Origin: Piromyces finnis finn
Lineage: Eukaryota > Fungi > Neocallimastigomycota
DNA length: 64,000 nucleotides
Direction: 5' to 3'
Assembly (NCBI GenBank): GCA_002104945.1
Contig: MCFH01000025.1
Coordinates: 248,001 to 312,000, forward strand
The first letter of the stretch is position 1; every line of letters starts with the position of its first letter. The notes under the pieces were generated by a model. That model did not search any database. It was given only the letters and a program-made list of their open reading frames with translations, and was not told the DNA's origin. Both the position numbers and the translations under genes were made by a program. Below are positions 1-12,245 of this stretch, piece by piece.

Positions 1-1024
1 AACTATTAGTAGAAGTGGATTTACCTATACCACTATCAATATTTAAACCAAGAGATTTACTTCCATGACTATTTTTAGCATTATTAAAACTTATACTTTT
101 ATAACCGATTAAGTTATGACCAGAAGAACCATAATTTTTAGAATTATTTCCACTTGAATCCCCGATAGAAATAACATTGGCACCGTATTTGAATAGAAGA
201 GCATCAGTAGCTAAAATTAATACAAAAGAACTTTTAAAGCAATGGAATGGAACGGCAAGAGCAGATAAGGTTGGATTATCGATGGAAGAAACATTATTGA
301 TAATATTGAGAACGGAGAGAAGTACACTGACAATATCAACCCAAATTAAAATGGTATAACTGGAATGTTTTATGTAGTGATTAAGGTTTGCTGAAGAATT
401 TGCTTGACTGGTATCATGACTGACAAAGTAAAGAATTGCAAAAGTACAAATTAAATCAGCGGCAGCCATTACACCAAAAGCATAACCATGATAAGCTTGA
501 ATTTCTTTATCACTTAAATAGCCTTTTTCCATACGAGAATGACCGATCATAAATCTGAAAATGACAAATGGAATAAAAAGTCCCAAAATAGTATATCTTA
601 CAATAGTATTTAATTTTCCTGAAGCAAAAGCCTTCATTTTAGTTAAATTAAGATAGGGAATAGCGTATTCGGAAAGAATCCAAAAAATTTCATCCACAAA
701 AAGTGGAACAAAGTATACTTTTGAAATACTTTCTTCTTTTTTACTTTCTTGGCAAACATAGGCAATGGTACCATTTTCAAAAATGGAACCAAGTATACCT
801 GCTAATGAAGCATAAAATAATACTTTCCAATAAATACCTTTACCTACACTTTTATACATGAGAGCTACTAATAAAAATTGTAAAATTAAAGCATAAAAAA
901 AGGTATCACGAAATTGATGTAAAAGTCCTACAAAAAATCCATCAAATTCTTTACCATAACAAGTTTGAGTATCGGTATCAAACCTATTTTTTAAAATTTG
1001 AATTTCCTCATTATTATTTGACAT
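1..1024 (-). CDS. Seven-transmembrane (GPCR-like) membrane protein, 3' end outside the window
   Basis: Hand translation of the minus strand from ATG at 1024 (MSNNNEEIQILKNRFDTDTQTCYGKEFDGFFVGLLHQFRDTFFYALILQFLLVALMY...) stays open to the window edge (~341 codons). It has seven hydrophobic segments followed by an S/N/G-rich tail. Absent from the ORF track because no stop lies inside the window. Confidence 0.75.
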   Translation of the reverse strand, partial: MSNNNEEIQILKNRFDTDTQTCYGKEFDGFFVGLLHQFRDTFFYALILQFLLVALMYKSVGKGIYWKVLFYASLAGILGSIFENGTIAYVCQESKKEESISKVYFVPLFVDEIFWILSEYAIPYLNLTKMKAFASGKLNTIVRYTILGLFIPFVIFRFMIGHSRMEKGYLSDKEIQAYHGYAFGVMAAADLICTFAILYFVSHDTSQANSSANLNHYIKHSSYTILIWVDIVSVLLSVLNIINNVSSIDNPTLSALAVPFHCFKSSFVLILATDALLFKYGANVISIGDSSGNNSKNYGSSGHNLIGYKSISFNNAKNSHGSKSLGLNIDSGIGKSTSTNS

Positions 1025-2022
1025 TTTTCAAAATAATTTATATTCTTTAGTTTTGATATTGTTTTTTTTTTTTGTTTGATTGTTTTTTGCTTTTTGATTT
1101 AGTTTTTAATCAATATTATATTATTATGTTGCTATTTAATCCTTTTTATCGTTCCTTTTTTTTTTAAAAAAAAAAAAGTGTTATAGTTTTGCTTGATAAT
1201 TATAATTTTTTTTTGTAATTTTTTATAGCTTACTTTCTTTTTATATCTTTTAGTAATTGATTCATATAAAGTTGTTTTCTTATAGATACTTTTTTCAAAC
1301 TTTTTTCCTTTTAATAATAATAATAATAATAAATTTTTAAATAAAATAAAAAAAGAAAAAAAAAAGTGCTTTTTCTATCCTTTTATAGGAGTTTATTTTT
1401 TATGGCACGCACCACACATTGTACTCCGGTATCAAAAAACAAAATTAACTTTTTTTTTATTTTTTTACTTTTTTGATCACACTTTTTCAGATTATCAAAA
1501 TAAATTAAAAAAAATGATTTTTAATTTAATTTTTAATTTATTTTAAAATTCCTTTTTTTTTTTTTTTTCGAATTTCAAAATTTAATATAAATAAATTTAA
1601 ATGGTCTACATTAATTTATTTATTTTACAATCCACTTTACCATATATTAAAATATATTAAAATGTTTTAAAAAAGAAAAAAAAAGGGAAATTTAAAAAAG
1701 AAGCAAAGGGAATAGTGACAGGTAATGACAAATAAGTAAAAAGTAAAATGACAGATTAGTTAGAAAAAGTAACAAGATATATATGTAACAAAATTAAAAA
1801 GGTCTATAAGTCATTATATAACTAGTTAAAAAGGTATGTAAATCAATTAATAGGATTATAAAATAGATATTTTAACTATAATAAAAATTAGATTTTATAT
1901 ATAAAGACGATCATTTTATTAAATATTTAAATACAACATTCCTTATTTTCTATTATTATTAAATAGAATAATTTAATAATATTGTTATTAAATAATAATA
2001 GATATTAATATTATTCATTCAT

Positions 2023-2080
<58 letters not shown>

Positions 2081-3591
2081 CTAATTATTATTCATTATTT
2101 TACATATTAAATGATAAAGTTAGCATAGCCTAAGAAATTCTTTATTGGTAAGAAAAAAAAGAAAACGTTTCACAACAAAAAAATAGTGAAATTTTAAATA
2201 AAAAGTAATGTCCTTTTGAGGTTGAATAATTATTTATTATTTCAATCTTTTATTATTATTAAAAAGTTAATATTTTTTATTTTATTTTAGCCTAGAACTC
2301 TAAATAAAAATAGAAATAGATATAGGGAATTAACTTTTTTTTTTTATTTATATGAAATGGTTAGCTAGAATTTCATTTTATAAGATTATGCTTATTTAAT
2401 TGGTAAATAATGAATGAATGAAATAAAGTTTTTAAATCATTCGTATTAACAGGATAATAAAATTTTGACAGGTATAAATTATAATATGAATTTTATTTTT
2501 TTTTTTTTTTTTTGAAATTGTATTTTATTATTTTCTATTTTTTTATATCTCTTATAAAAGGAATCGATACTTTTTTTTGCTAGTTGTTAAAGAATAATTA
2601 AAATGAAAATATAATTCTATAATACTATTCTTTTTCAGTAAAGTCAAATGTATTAATGCATTACAAATAAATAATGTAGATTAAAAGTAACCAATAAAAA
2701 TAAGGAAAGATATTTTTGTAATTTATTAAATGTTACACAGAAAGTTCTAAAAATAAAAAAGATAAATGGGTAGGAAGGAAGGAAATGGCTTTATATTTCA
2801 AATATAAATATATATATATATATATATAAATCACAAGTAGTATATGAATAGTATATGAATGGTATGGATAGTTTAATATTTTAAAAAAATAGCATTTCAT
2901 AATAATAATAATCATTTTATTTTCATATTTTTATTCATTATTACTAAAATATTTTTACTAATTTTAATCTTTTCTTTAAAATAAAAAGCTTTTTCATAAT
3001 ATATGGATGGACAGATAATCAATGTTTTATTATTAAATTAATAGTTTTTATTATTAAATATTATTATAATTTTCTCTTTTTTTTTCCTTAATAATATTTA
3101 TATTTGTTTTTTTATTAATAATATATTTTATTATTTCTCCTTTTCATAATGAAATAGTTTTGTTCTTATGATTTGACGCTTTTTTTTTAATAATTAATAT
3201 TTCATAATTAATATTTAATAATAATAAATAGTATTATTCTTATAAATAACAAGAATATTAATAATAAAAATAATAATTAAATAATATTATTATAATAGGA
3301 ATAGTATTAAATATTAAATAATACATCGTATTATAATAATAAATTATTATTTTCCTATTTTTTTCTAATTATTAAAGAATAGATTAATTTTAATAAAATT
3401 AAAATATTGGAATTTTTTAAAATTTTCCCATGTAACTAAAATATAAAAAGATAATATTAATAATTAATTAATATTTATATATAGCTTATTAAAAGGAATT
3501 GCGGATAACATTAATGGCTTTGTATAAAGGAATGTTTATGTTATTTATTATTATATAGTAATACTTTTTTTTTTTTTAACTAAATATCTAA

Positions 3592-4078
3592 GTTATTTAT
3601 TTATTTGTTTATTTAGTTATTTATTTATTTATTTAGTTATCTATTTATTTATTTAGTTATTTATTTATTTGTTTATTTAGTTATTTATTTATTTATTTAG
3701 TTATTTATTTATTTAGTTATTTAGTTATTTATTTAGTTATTTAGTTATTTAGTTATTTATTTATTTATTTGTTTGTTTATTTAGTTATCTATTTATTTAG
3801 TTATTTAGTTATTTATTTATTTAGTTATTTAGTTATTTATTTAGTTATTTAGTTATTTAGTTATTTAGTTATTTAGTTATCTATTTATTTATTTATTTAG
3901 TTATCTATTTATTTATTTATTTATTTAGTTAGTTATTTATTTATTTGTTTATTTATTTATTTAGTTATTTAGTTATTTAGTTATTTAGTTATTTAGTTAT
4001 TTAGTTATTTAGTTATCTATTTATTTATTTATTTATTTAGTTAGTTATTTATTTAGTTATTTAGTTATTTATTTATTT
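3592..4078. repeat. Compound TTAT/TTAG(TTAT) simple-sequence satellite, ~0.5 kb
   Basis: Continuous mosaic of TTAT, TTAG, TTGT and CTAT tetramers. Confidence 0.95.
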
Positions 4079-5034
4079 GTTTTCTTATTTTGTTATTAAT
4101 GGATATGTTTTTTATATACAATCATTGTTTTTATATATAATCAATAAATAAGTCTTTACCTTAACAAGTATATAAGATGGATGTCAGGCTTCAATTTGCT
4201 TTAAAAGAATAAATTATGAATTCCACTCTTGTTTTAAAGTATTAATGAGTTCTATAGCATCCATAAATAATAAATAGTTGATTTTGCCTTAGTATTTATT
4301 AACACATTTATTAATGTTTTTTTTTTGTTTTTTTTTTTTACTTTTACAATGTAAAAAAAAAATGTAAAATGTAAAAGGAAAAGGAAACTAATAAGATAAA
4401 AGTGTTTTTGTCCCCCATCGGGATCGATCCCCGAAATGGTTTTTAAAAATTATAAAATAATATAGTTGACCCAAAAACGATTGTGTGCATTCAATCTATA
4501 AATACCAAAATAAAAAGTTTAAAGTATCGATGGATGATCCATATCATTCTAGTAAGTGAACAATGTATTATAGAATAAGATTCATTTTAGTATCAAAAGA
4601 CTAGAAAATCGTATATTTTTTTTTTTTTTTTTTTTTTTTGAAAAGAAAAAATATTTAAAAAAAAACTTTAATCTTTCTACATAAAATTAACCAGTAACAT
4701 TATTAATTTTAATCTTATGAAAACATATGAACATAGGAATTAAAAAATAATAATAGTAAGCATGACTTTACCATTGTATATATATAAAATTATTAATTAA
4801 AAATCTTATTGGTAATTGTTGAAAAGAAATAGAATTAATGAAATGATGGAATAGAACATAGAATAATCTATTTGACATTTATTTTTAAAATATATAAAGG
4901 TTTCAATACTTTTTTTTTTTTTCTTTTTTTATTTAGATTTATTAGGAAAAAAAATAAAATAAAATAATAAAAAAGAATTGTAATAAAATTGTAATATAAT
5001 TGTAAAAAAGATAAAAAATTTAACTATAACAGAA

Positions 5035-5727
5035 ATGTGTTCACCAACCAATGAAAGAAATAAAAAAATAAAATCAGCTTATCAAAGTTTAGGAAATGGT
5101 TCTTTTTATGATGGTATGATAACAAATACTACTTTTTTAGGTTCTGCTGTTAATAAAATTGTATGGGATTATAATCAAAATGACAATAACTTATATATTG
5201 AAAGAGCTCTATCAGGAATTGAAAATGATTTTAAAGGTAAACTTTTGGATGTTCCAGTAGGTACAGGTATTTTAACTATACCTTTTTATTCCACCCTGAA
5301 AGATGCAGATATTACATGTATTGATTATTCTAAAGAAATGTTAATGCAAGCAAAAGAAAAGACAGAAAAACTTCAACTTACAAATATAAAATATCAAGTA
5401 GGAGATGTAGGTCATTTAGAATTCGAGGATCATTCCTTTGATAGAGTACTTTCAATGAACGGTTTTCACGCTTTTCCAGATAAAGAAGCAGCCTATAATG
5501 AAACCTATAGAGTATTAAAAACAGGTGGTAAATTTTGTGGTTGTTTCTATATTAAGGGACAATGTTCCCGAACAGATAAATTTATTGATACTGTATATGT
5601 TAAAAAAGGTTATTTCACCCCACCTTTTGAAACCTTAGAAAGTTTTACTGAACGTATGAATAAAATGTACAGTAAAGTTGAAATAACCAATGTAAAAAGT
5701 ATAGTTTGTTTTACTTGTACAAAATAA
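5035..5727 (+). CDS. Class I SAM-dependent methyltransferase (Methyltransf_11/UbiE-like), intronless
   Basis: Motif I variant LLDVPVGTG, motif II CIDYS, GDVGHLEF, FDRVLSMNGFHAFPD, YRVLKTGGKF; 230 aa, single exon. Confidence 0.9.
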   Translation: MCSPTNERNKKIKSAYQSLGNGSFYDGMITNTTFLGSAVNKIVWDYNQNDNNLYIERALSGIENDFKGKLLDVPVGTGILTIPFYSTLKDADITCIDYSKEMLMQAKEKTEKLQLTNIKYQVGDVGHLEFEDHSFDRVLSMNGFHAFPDKEAAYNETYRVLKTGGKFCGCFYIKGQCSRTDKFIDTVYVKKGYFTPPFETLESFTERMNKMYSKVEITNVKSIVCFTCTK

Positions 5728-6107
5728 TTTTTTTAAGAAAAAAATTTTTTTTATATATAAATTTAAAACTAGTATTTTTGGAATTGAAAATACAATAATA
5801 ATAATAATATTTTTGGAATTGATGATTAATAAAAATATTATTTTTATTATATGTTTCTTTACATTTTTAATAATGATGTAAAATACTTTTATAATAAAAT
5901 GGTTAATATATTTTCTTTATTATTACTACTATTACATCTTTATTTTCAATCTGACTATAATAGGTTGAACAATTTATTGGCTCTATAAAATGTATATATA
6001 CCAACAAAATTTATAATAAATTATTTTTAATAATATTACAAACAAAATAATATAATTCTATTGAAATCATTGTTATTTTATTCTACCTTTTTTTATTATT
6101 AATATTA

Positions 6108-6145
<38 letters not shown>

Positions 6146-6388
6146 AAAATCTATTATTAACATTGTTTTTCTTTTAATAATTGTAAAAACTTTGATTTTT
6201 TATTATTAATATTAATATTAAATATTTTTAGTTAATTGAAAATGGTTAATATTAAAATAATACTTTGTTAATAATGTTTCTTAACCCATTATTTCATAAA
6301 TTAATTTTAATTATGATTAAAAGTTTTTTTTATCTTTAAATAAAAATTATAAAAGGTTTCACATCTCTTAAAATCATTACTCCAATTC

Positions 6389-6562
<174 letters not shown>

Positions 6563-8336
6563 TAATTATTATTATTATTATTACTCTAATTATTAAGAAA
6601 AATAAAATTCTTGCTCCTTCCATTATTATTTCTATTTATAGTTATAAAAAAAAGATGATTAAAAAATTGATCTTTCGGCGGATGGATGAATTGAATTTCC
6701 GCACATTAATTAAAAAAGAAATTTATTTTTTTTCCATAGTAAACTTTTCCTAAAAAAACTTTAAAGTAGATTTTAGGAAAAGAATCCTTTTTTTCTAAAC
6801 TTTAATAAGGCGAAATACAAATTGTTGGAAGATTATGAATTCTCACTATACATTTTTATAAACTATAGTTCCTATAATTTTTTTTCATTCAAACAAATAA
6901 TTATTATTATTAGAATTTTATAAAATTAAAATACCCTAAACTATCTCACTTTATTAACATTCTTTTTTATAGTTAATGATGCATGCCAATTAATTATTTG
7001 AATAGTATTATAAAGAGTATTATTATTAATATATTAATATCAAGATAAATACGTTACATTACATTTTATTACATTATTCATTATTAATTATAGTAACATT
7101 TAAATGGAAATGATTGATTATATATATTACATTATATTGTATTATATTAAGATTTCATTTATTTTAATTAAAAATTTAATTTGTTGGTTATTTATATCAA
7201 AAAAAAATGAAGATAGAAATGGTGGTGTGGTGTGGTGGTAGGTAAAAAAAAAAAAAAAAAAAAAGAGATGAATAATTAGAAAAGAAAAAATAAAAAAAAA
7301 TGATTGAATAATGAACTAAATATTTATAAGTATTTATAAATAAATAGATAAAAAGACTCATTTTACTTTTTAAATAAATAAAAAAAAAAGTTTGAATTTT
7401 TTTTGTAATAAAAACTATTCTTATCTTTTTTTTTTTTATTTATTTATTCATTTTCAATTTTTAATTAATTATAATAAACTTTATTTTATAATAATTTATT
7501 TTTGTTTTTAGTATAAAATTTAATCTGGGAAAGGATAAAATTACTAAAAAAAAATTAAATAAATTTCGCTTTCCTTCCTAAAAATCAAATATTAATTTTT
7601 TTTTTTATCGTTCAAAAAGGAAAAAATAAAAAAAAATAAAAAAAGATAGTAAGGAATAACAAATTTCAAAAAGAAAAAAAAAAAGGCAACTTTTTATCAA
7701 ATAATATAAACAGGATAAAATAAAATAATAAAAAAAATAGTTTTTATTTTTAGTATCTTTTTTTACCATTACACCACCACAAAGACTTTTATTGTACAAA
7801 TACTTTTTTTTAAAAAAAAAAAAGTGTGTTTAAAATAATAATAGAATAGCTAATAATAATAATAATAATAATATTCATAGAAAGAAAGAAATATAAAAAA
7901 GAAAAAAAAATTCTTTTTAAAAAATTTTCCTTTTTTCTATTTCTTTTTTTTTTTTTTTTTTTGAATAGTTTATCAAAACATTAATTGAAACATTTACATA
8001 ACATTTAAATAAAATATATGTATTTATCAAAAACTAAACAATAAATATTATAATATACAACACTCACGGAAACTATAATAATAGAAACAAAAATAACTAA
8101 TAATAATAATAACTAAAATAATAATTTTTAATAATAAATTATATATATATAATATAAAAATTATAAAGTCATTAATTTAAAAAAAAAAATAACAATAAAA
8201 AAAAAACTTGTAAAATAATCAATTTTAAATATATAATAACTAATTACAAAAAAATAATAAAATAATTTTTTGTTAATACCTAATTTTTCATTTTTAAAAA
8301 AAAATAAAGAATTTTTTAAAAAAAAAAAAAACGAAA

Positions 8337-11300
8337 ATGTTGAACCAATTAGCTACCAAAAATAAGGTTACCATTGTTCAAAAACAACTTGTAAACGCTT
8401 TACTTTTAAAAAGTAATACTGTTATAAATAATAAAATTCAAATTAGAAATTTTTCTAGTGACTCAAACAGTAGTGATAAAAATAAAGCTCAAGCCAAGAC
8501 TGACGATTCAAATGAAACATTCACCAGTAAATATGAACCAGTATACGATGAAGAATTAGATAATCCAAAACCTTTAGATATTTTTGAAAATGTTAAAAAA
8601 GAAGCTGAAACAGATAAAATTAAAAATCGCATTTATGCCTTTCCAAACGTTAGAGAAGAAATCTTTAAGGGAGTTAAGAAAATTAAAATGAAAGAAATTT
8701 TATGTAAGTAGTGAAGAAAAATTAAATAGAAAAAAAATATATATATATATAAAAATAATAAAAAAATATTAAAAAATACTAATATTATAATATTATTATT
8801 ATTTTATATATCTATCTATATAATATTATAATTATTTGTAGTAAACGAATTAGTAACAGATTCATTCGAAAAAAGAATAATATCACCAGAAAATAATACT
8901 ACAAAACTTGAAGAATTACCATATATATATAATCAACATACTTTAAATGAAATTCAATTAGTTGCTGGTGGTTTATTGGATGAATCCATAAAAAATCATA
9001 TAAAGTATATTCCATCTCAAAGTTCTAGACTTTTATTATTATCTTGTCCAATTAAGGGTTCAGAAATTTATTTAAAACATATTGCTAGTCATACCGCTAA
9101 ACAATTAGGTGCTGATTTCTTAGAAGTAAATATATTATTAATTTATATATTATATGATATACTGAAAAAATGAAAATATATATATTATTATTATTATAAT
9201 GCATGGATTTTTAAATCTTTTTTATTTTTTTTTTTTATTGTTATTTTTATTATTATTTTTTTTATTATTATTATTATTATTATTTTGAAATAGATTACTC
9301 ATGGTGATATTTTTTATAGAATCAGTGGTAATGTTATGAAATCCATGCCAAATATTGAAACCGTTGAAATGGAAAGAAATAGAAATAATTCAGATATGGA
9401 TCATCAATCTAAATTTGGTAGAAAAGGTGATCCAACAATCTTCCCAAATGTTTTCTCAATGTTTGGTGGAGATAAAAGACATTATGAAAGAAGTAGTTCT
9501 ACAAAGATTCCATATCCAATTTACAAGTAATATTCTTTTAAATAAATTAGTTTTTTTAACATAAAAAAAAAAAAAAGCAATAAATAATTTATATATATAT
9601 TTCATAACACTTTTATAATTTTTTTAAAATATTATTAATACTAGGGCATATGAAGATAGTAAGGGTAATACCTCTATTGTTGTTAATAGAAATATGCCAT
9701 GGCCAAAGAGAAATATCGAATTAAACGTATTTATTCAAGATATGTGGATTAAACTTTTCTCAAAAATTACGGAAGAAGCAAAATCAAAAAAAATTGTTAT
9801 TTTCTTTGAAGATCTTTTAACCATCTTTAATGGTAGTTTAGATAATCAAGATATTTTTGATGGTTTAGTTACCGTCTTAGGTATCACAGGTACATTTAAT
9901 AATGTAGTATTAATTGCTCCATCCACTCCTACCTTTGAAAAGAAAGTTGTTAAAAAGTAAGTACAAAAGAGGAAGGAAATACATATAACATATATATTGT
10001 TATTATCACTATATATTTTTTAGATATCTTTATATTTAAAAAAAAAAAAAAAGTATTATAAATGATATTCATAAATATATATAAAAAAAATTACAACAAT
10101 AGATTAAATAGATAACTTAAAAAAAAAAAATCAAAATAAATAGATAATCAAAAAACCATATATTAACTTTTAAATATATAAATTTTTTATTTAAATTTAA
10201 TGAAAAATAGTAATATCAGATTTGGAAATTTATATGATGAAGTAGTTGCAGGTTTCAAGGCTCCAGATATTGATGCTGAACCAGAACAACCTAAAAATAA
10301 AATGTATGGTGATAAAAATGCTATTGAAACAAAAAAGATTGTTTTTGATACTGTTTTAGACAAATTTGTAGGTGCAAATGTCATTCCAGTTTTCCCAGCC
10401 TTTGAAAAGGAAACGGAATTTGAAAACTTTAGAAAAATTATTAGTGATGATTTAAGAAAATTGGTTAAAAAATACAATATTAAGGAATTAAATGTTGCAG
10501 CAAGAGCAGCCAATTGTGAATTACCATTAGAAGAACTTGAAAATTTGAAGGGTTCAGATCAAAATAGTTTATACCTTGAAGAAAAATTATTAAATCCAAG
10601 TGAAATTGAAAGATTATTACTAGTTACCTTAGCAAAGAGTTCTTCTAGCAACGAAAAATCTAGAATAGATCAACAACAACAACAACAACCAATGATTAAA
10701 AAGATTCAAATTGAGGATATTACCAGTGCCGATAAAGTTCTTTTTAATACCTATCAATCCCAACAATTTATCAAGGATGGTTTAGAATATCTTAATGTTT
10801 TCAAGAATCCAAAGGATCGTTATTCCCTAAATAAATATGAAAATCGTATTCTTAAAGAATGTTTCATTTTCCCATCCGACATTAAAACCAACTTTAGTTC
10901 TATTGGTGGTTTAAAAAAGACCAAGGTAATTATGAATGAATTAATTACCTTACCGTTAAAACGTCCAGAATTATTTAAGACCGGTATATTAAAAGAAACC
11001 ACCACCGGTATTTTATTATTTGGTCCACCAGGTACCGGTAAGACATTAACCGCTAGAGCAGTAGCATCTCAATGTGGTGCTAACTTTTTAAATATTCAAA
11101 TGTCCAATATCCAAAGTAAATGGGTGGGTGAAAATGAAAAGAATGTTAAAGCCATTTTTTCACTTGCTCGAAAATTAGCACCATGTGTTTTATTCATTGA
11201 TGAAATTGATGCCCTTTTACAAACCAGAAAAGGAGAATTTACCCCACATTATATGGTCAATACCTTGAATGAATTTATGCAAGAATGGGATGGACTTAAT

Positions 11301-11786
11301 TCCCAAAATGATGGTGTTATTGTTATTGGTGCCACGAATCGTCCATTTGATTTAGATGAAGCTGTTTTAAGAAGATTACCAAGAAGAATTTTCGTTAGTT
11401 TACCCGATGCCGAATCTCGATCTGAAATTCTTGATATTTTATTAAAGGAAGAAACGGTTGGTTATTCCAAGGAAGAACGTAAAGAAATTTTAGATTATGT
11501 TGCCGGTAAAACAAATCAATGGAGTGGTAGTGATTTAAAGAACTTATGCATTGCCACAGTAATGAATGCCATCAAGCAACAAATTATAGATCCAGGTAAA
11601 CAAAATGAAGTTTGTCGTACCATTGAAAAACAACATTTCGATATGGCCTTTGAAAGTGGTGATATTGTTCCATCCTTGAATGAAAAAACCGGTATTATTA
11701 TTCAATTACAAGAATGGAATACTAAATACGGTACAGGTGCCGATGCTGGAGGTTATTGTGGACATTCTTCTGTCTTTGGTTTCTAA
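8337..11786 (+). CDS. AAA+ ATPase of the Msp1/ATAD1/spastin (meiotic) clade with long N-terminal region; 5 exons, ~923 aa
   Basis: Exons 8337-8703, 8842-9125, 9294-9526, 9645-9956, 10211-11786 join in frame via GT-AG introns (2772 nt total; last acceptor could be 10220). Walker A GPPGTGKT, pore loop KWVGE, Walker B LFIDEIDAL, SRH IGATNRPFDLDEAVLRRLPRR. Confidence 0.88.
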
Positions 11787-12074
11787 GATACCTTTTTTTT
11801 TTTTCCTCATCTTTAATATATATTAACAATAATTTATTCATTATTTTTTTTTTTTTTCAATCTTTTCTATTACAAAAAAGAAATATATATATATAAAAAA
11901 AAAAGAATAGTAGTAACTAATAATTATAATAAAATAAAATAAAAAGAAATAAATTAAAATAAAAAAATAAAAAAATAAAATATATATATATAATAAAAAA
12001 AAAATTAAAATTAAAATAAAATAAAATAATAAATATCTATGTTATTATTCTTTTAATAATCTTTAATGATCCTT

Positions 12075-12245
12075 ATACATTACCCTTTTTTAAAAAAAAA
12101 AAGAAATATTAAATAAAATAAAATAAATATTATATTTATTATTATAAAATAAAACAAAATACATTACCCTTTTTTAAAAAAAAAAAGAAATATTAAATAA
12201 AATAAAATAAATATTATATTTATTATTATAAAATAAAACAAAATA
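12075..12245. repeat. Tandem duplication of an ~84-bp AT-rich unit
   Basis: ATACATTACCCTTTTTTAAAA...AAAACAAAATA occurs at 12075 and 12159. Confidence 0.85.

Noticed and set aside
3592-4078. Telomeric or interstitial telomere repeat
   Set aside because: No TTAGGG or other G-run unit; grades into ordinary (TTTA)n.
4410-4434. GC-rich hairpin TCGGG-ATCGATC-CCCGA resembling a tRNA T-arm
   Set aside because: No acceptor, D or anticodon arm on either strand; isolated 25-bp island.
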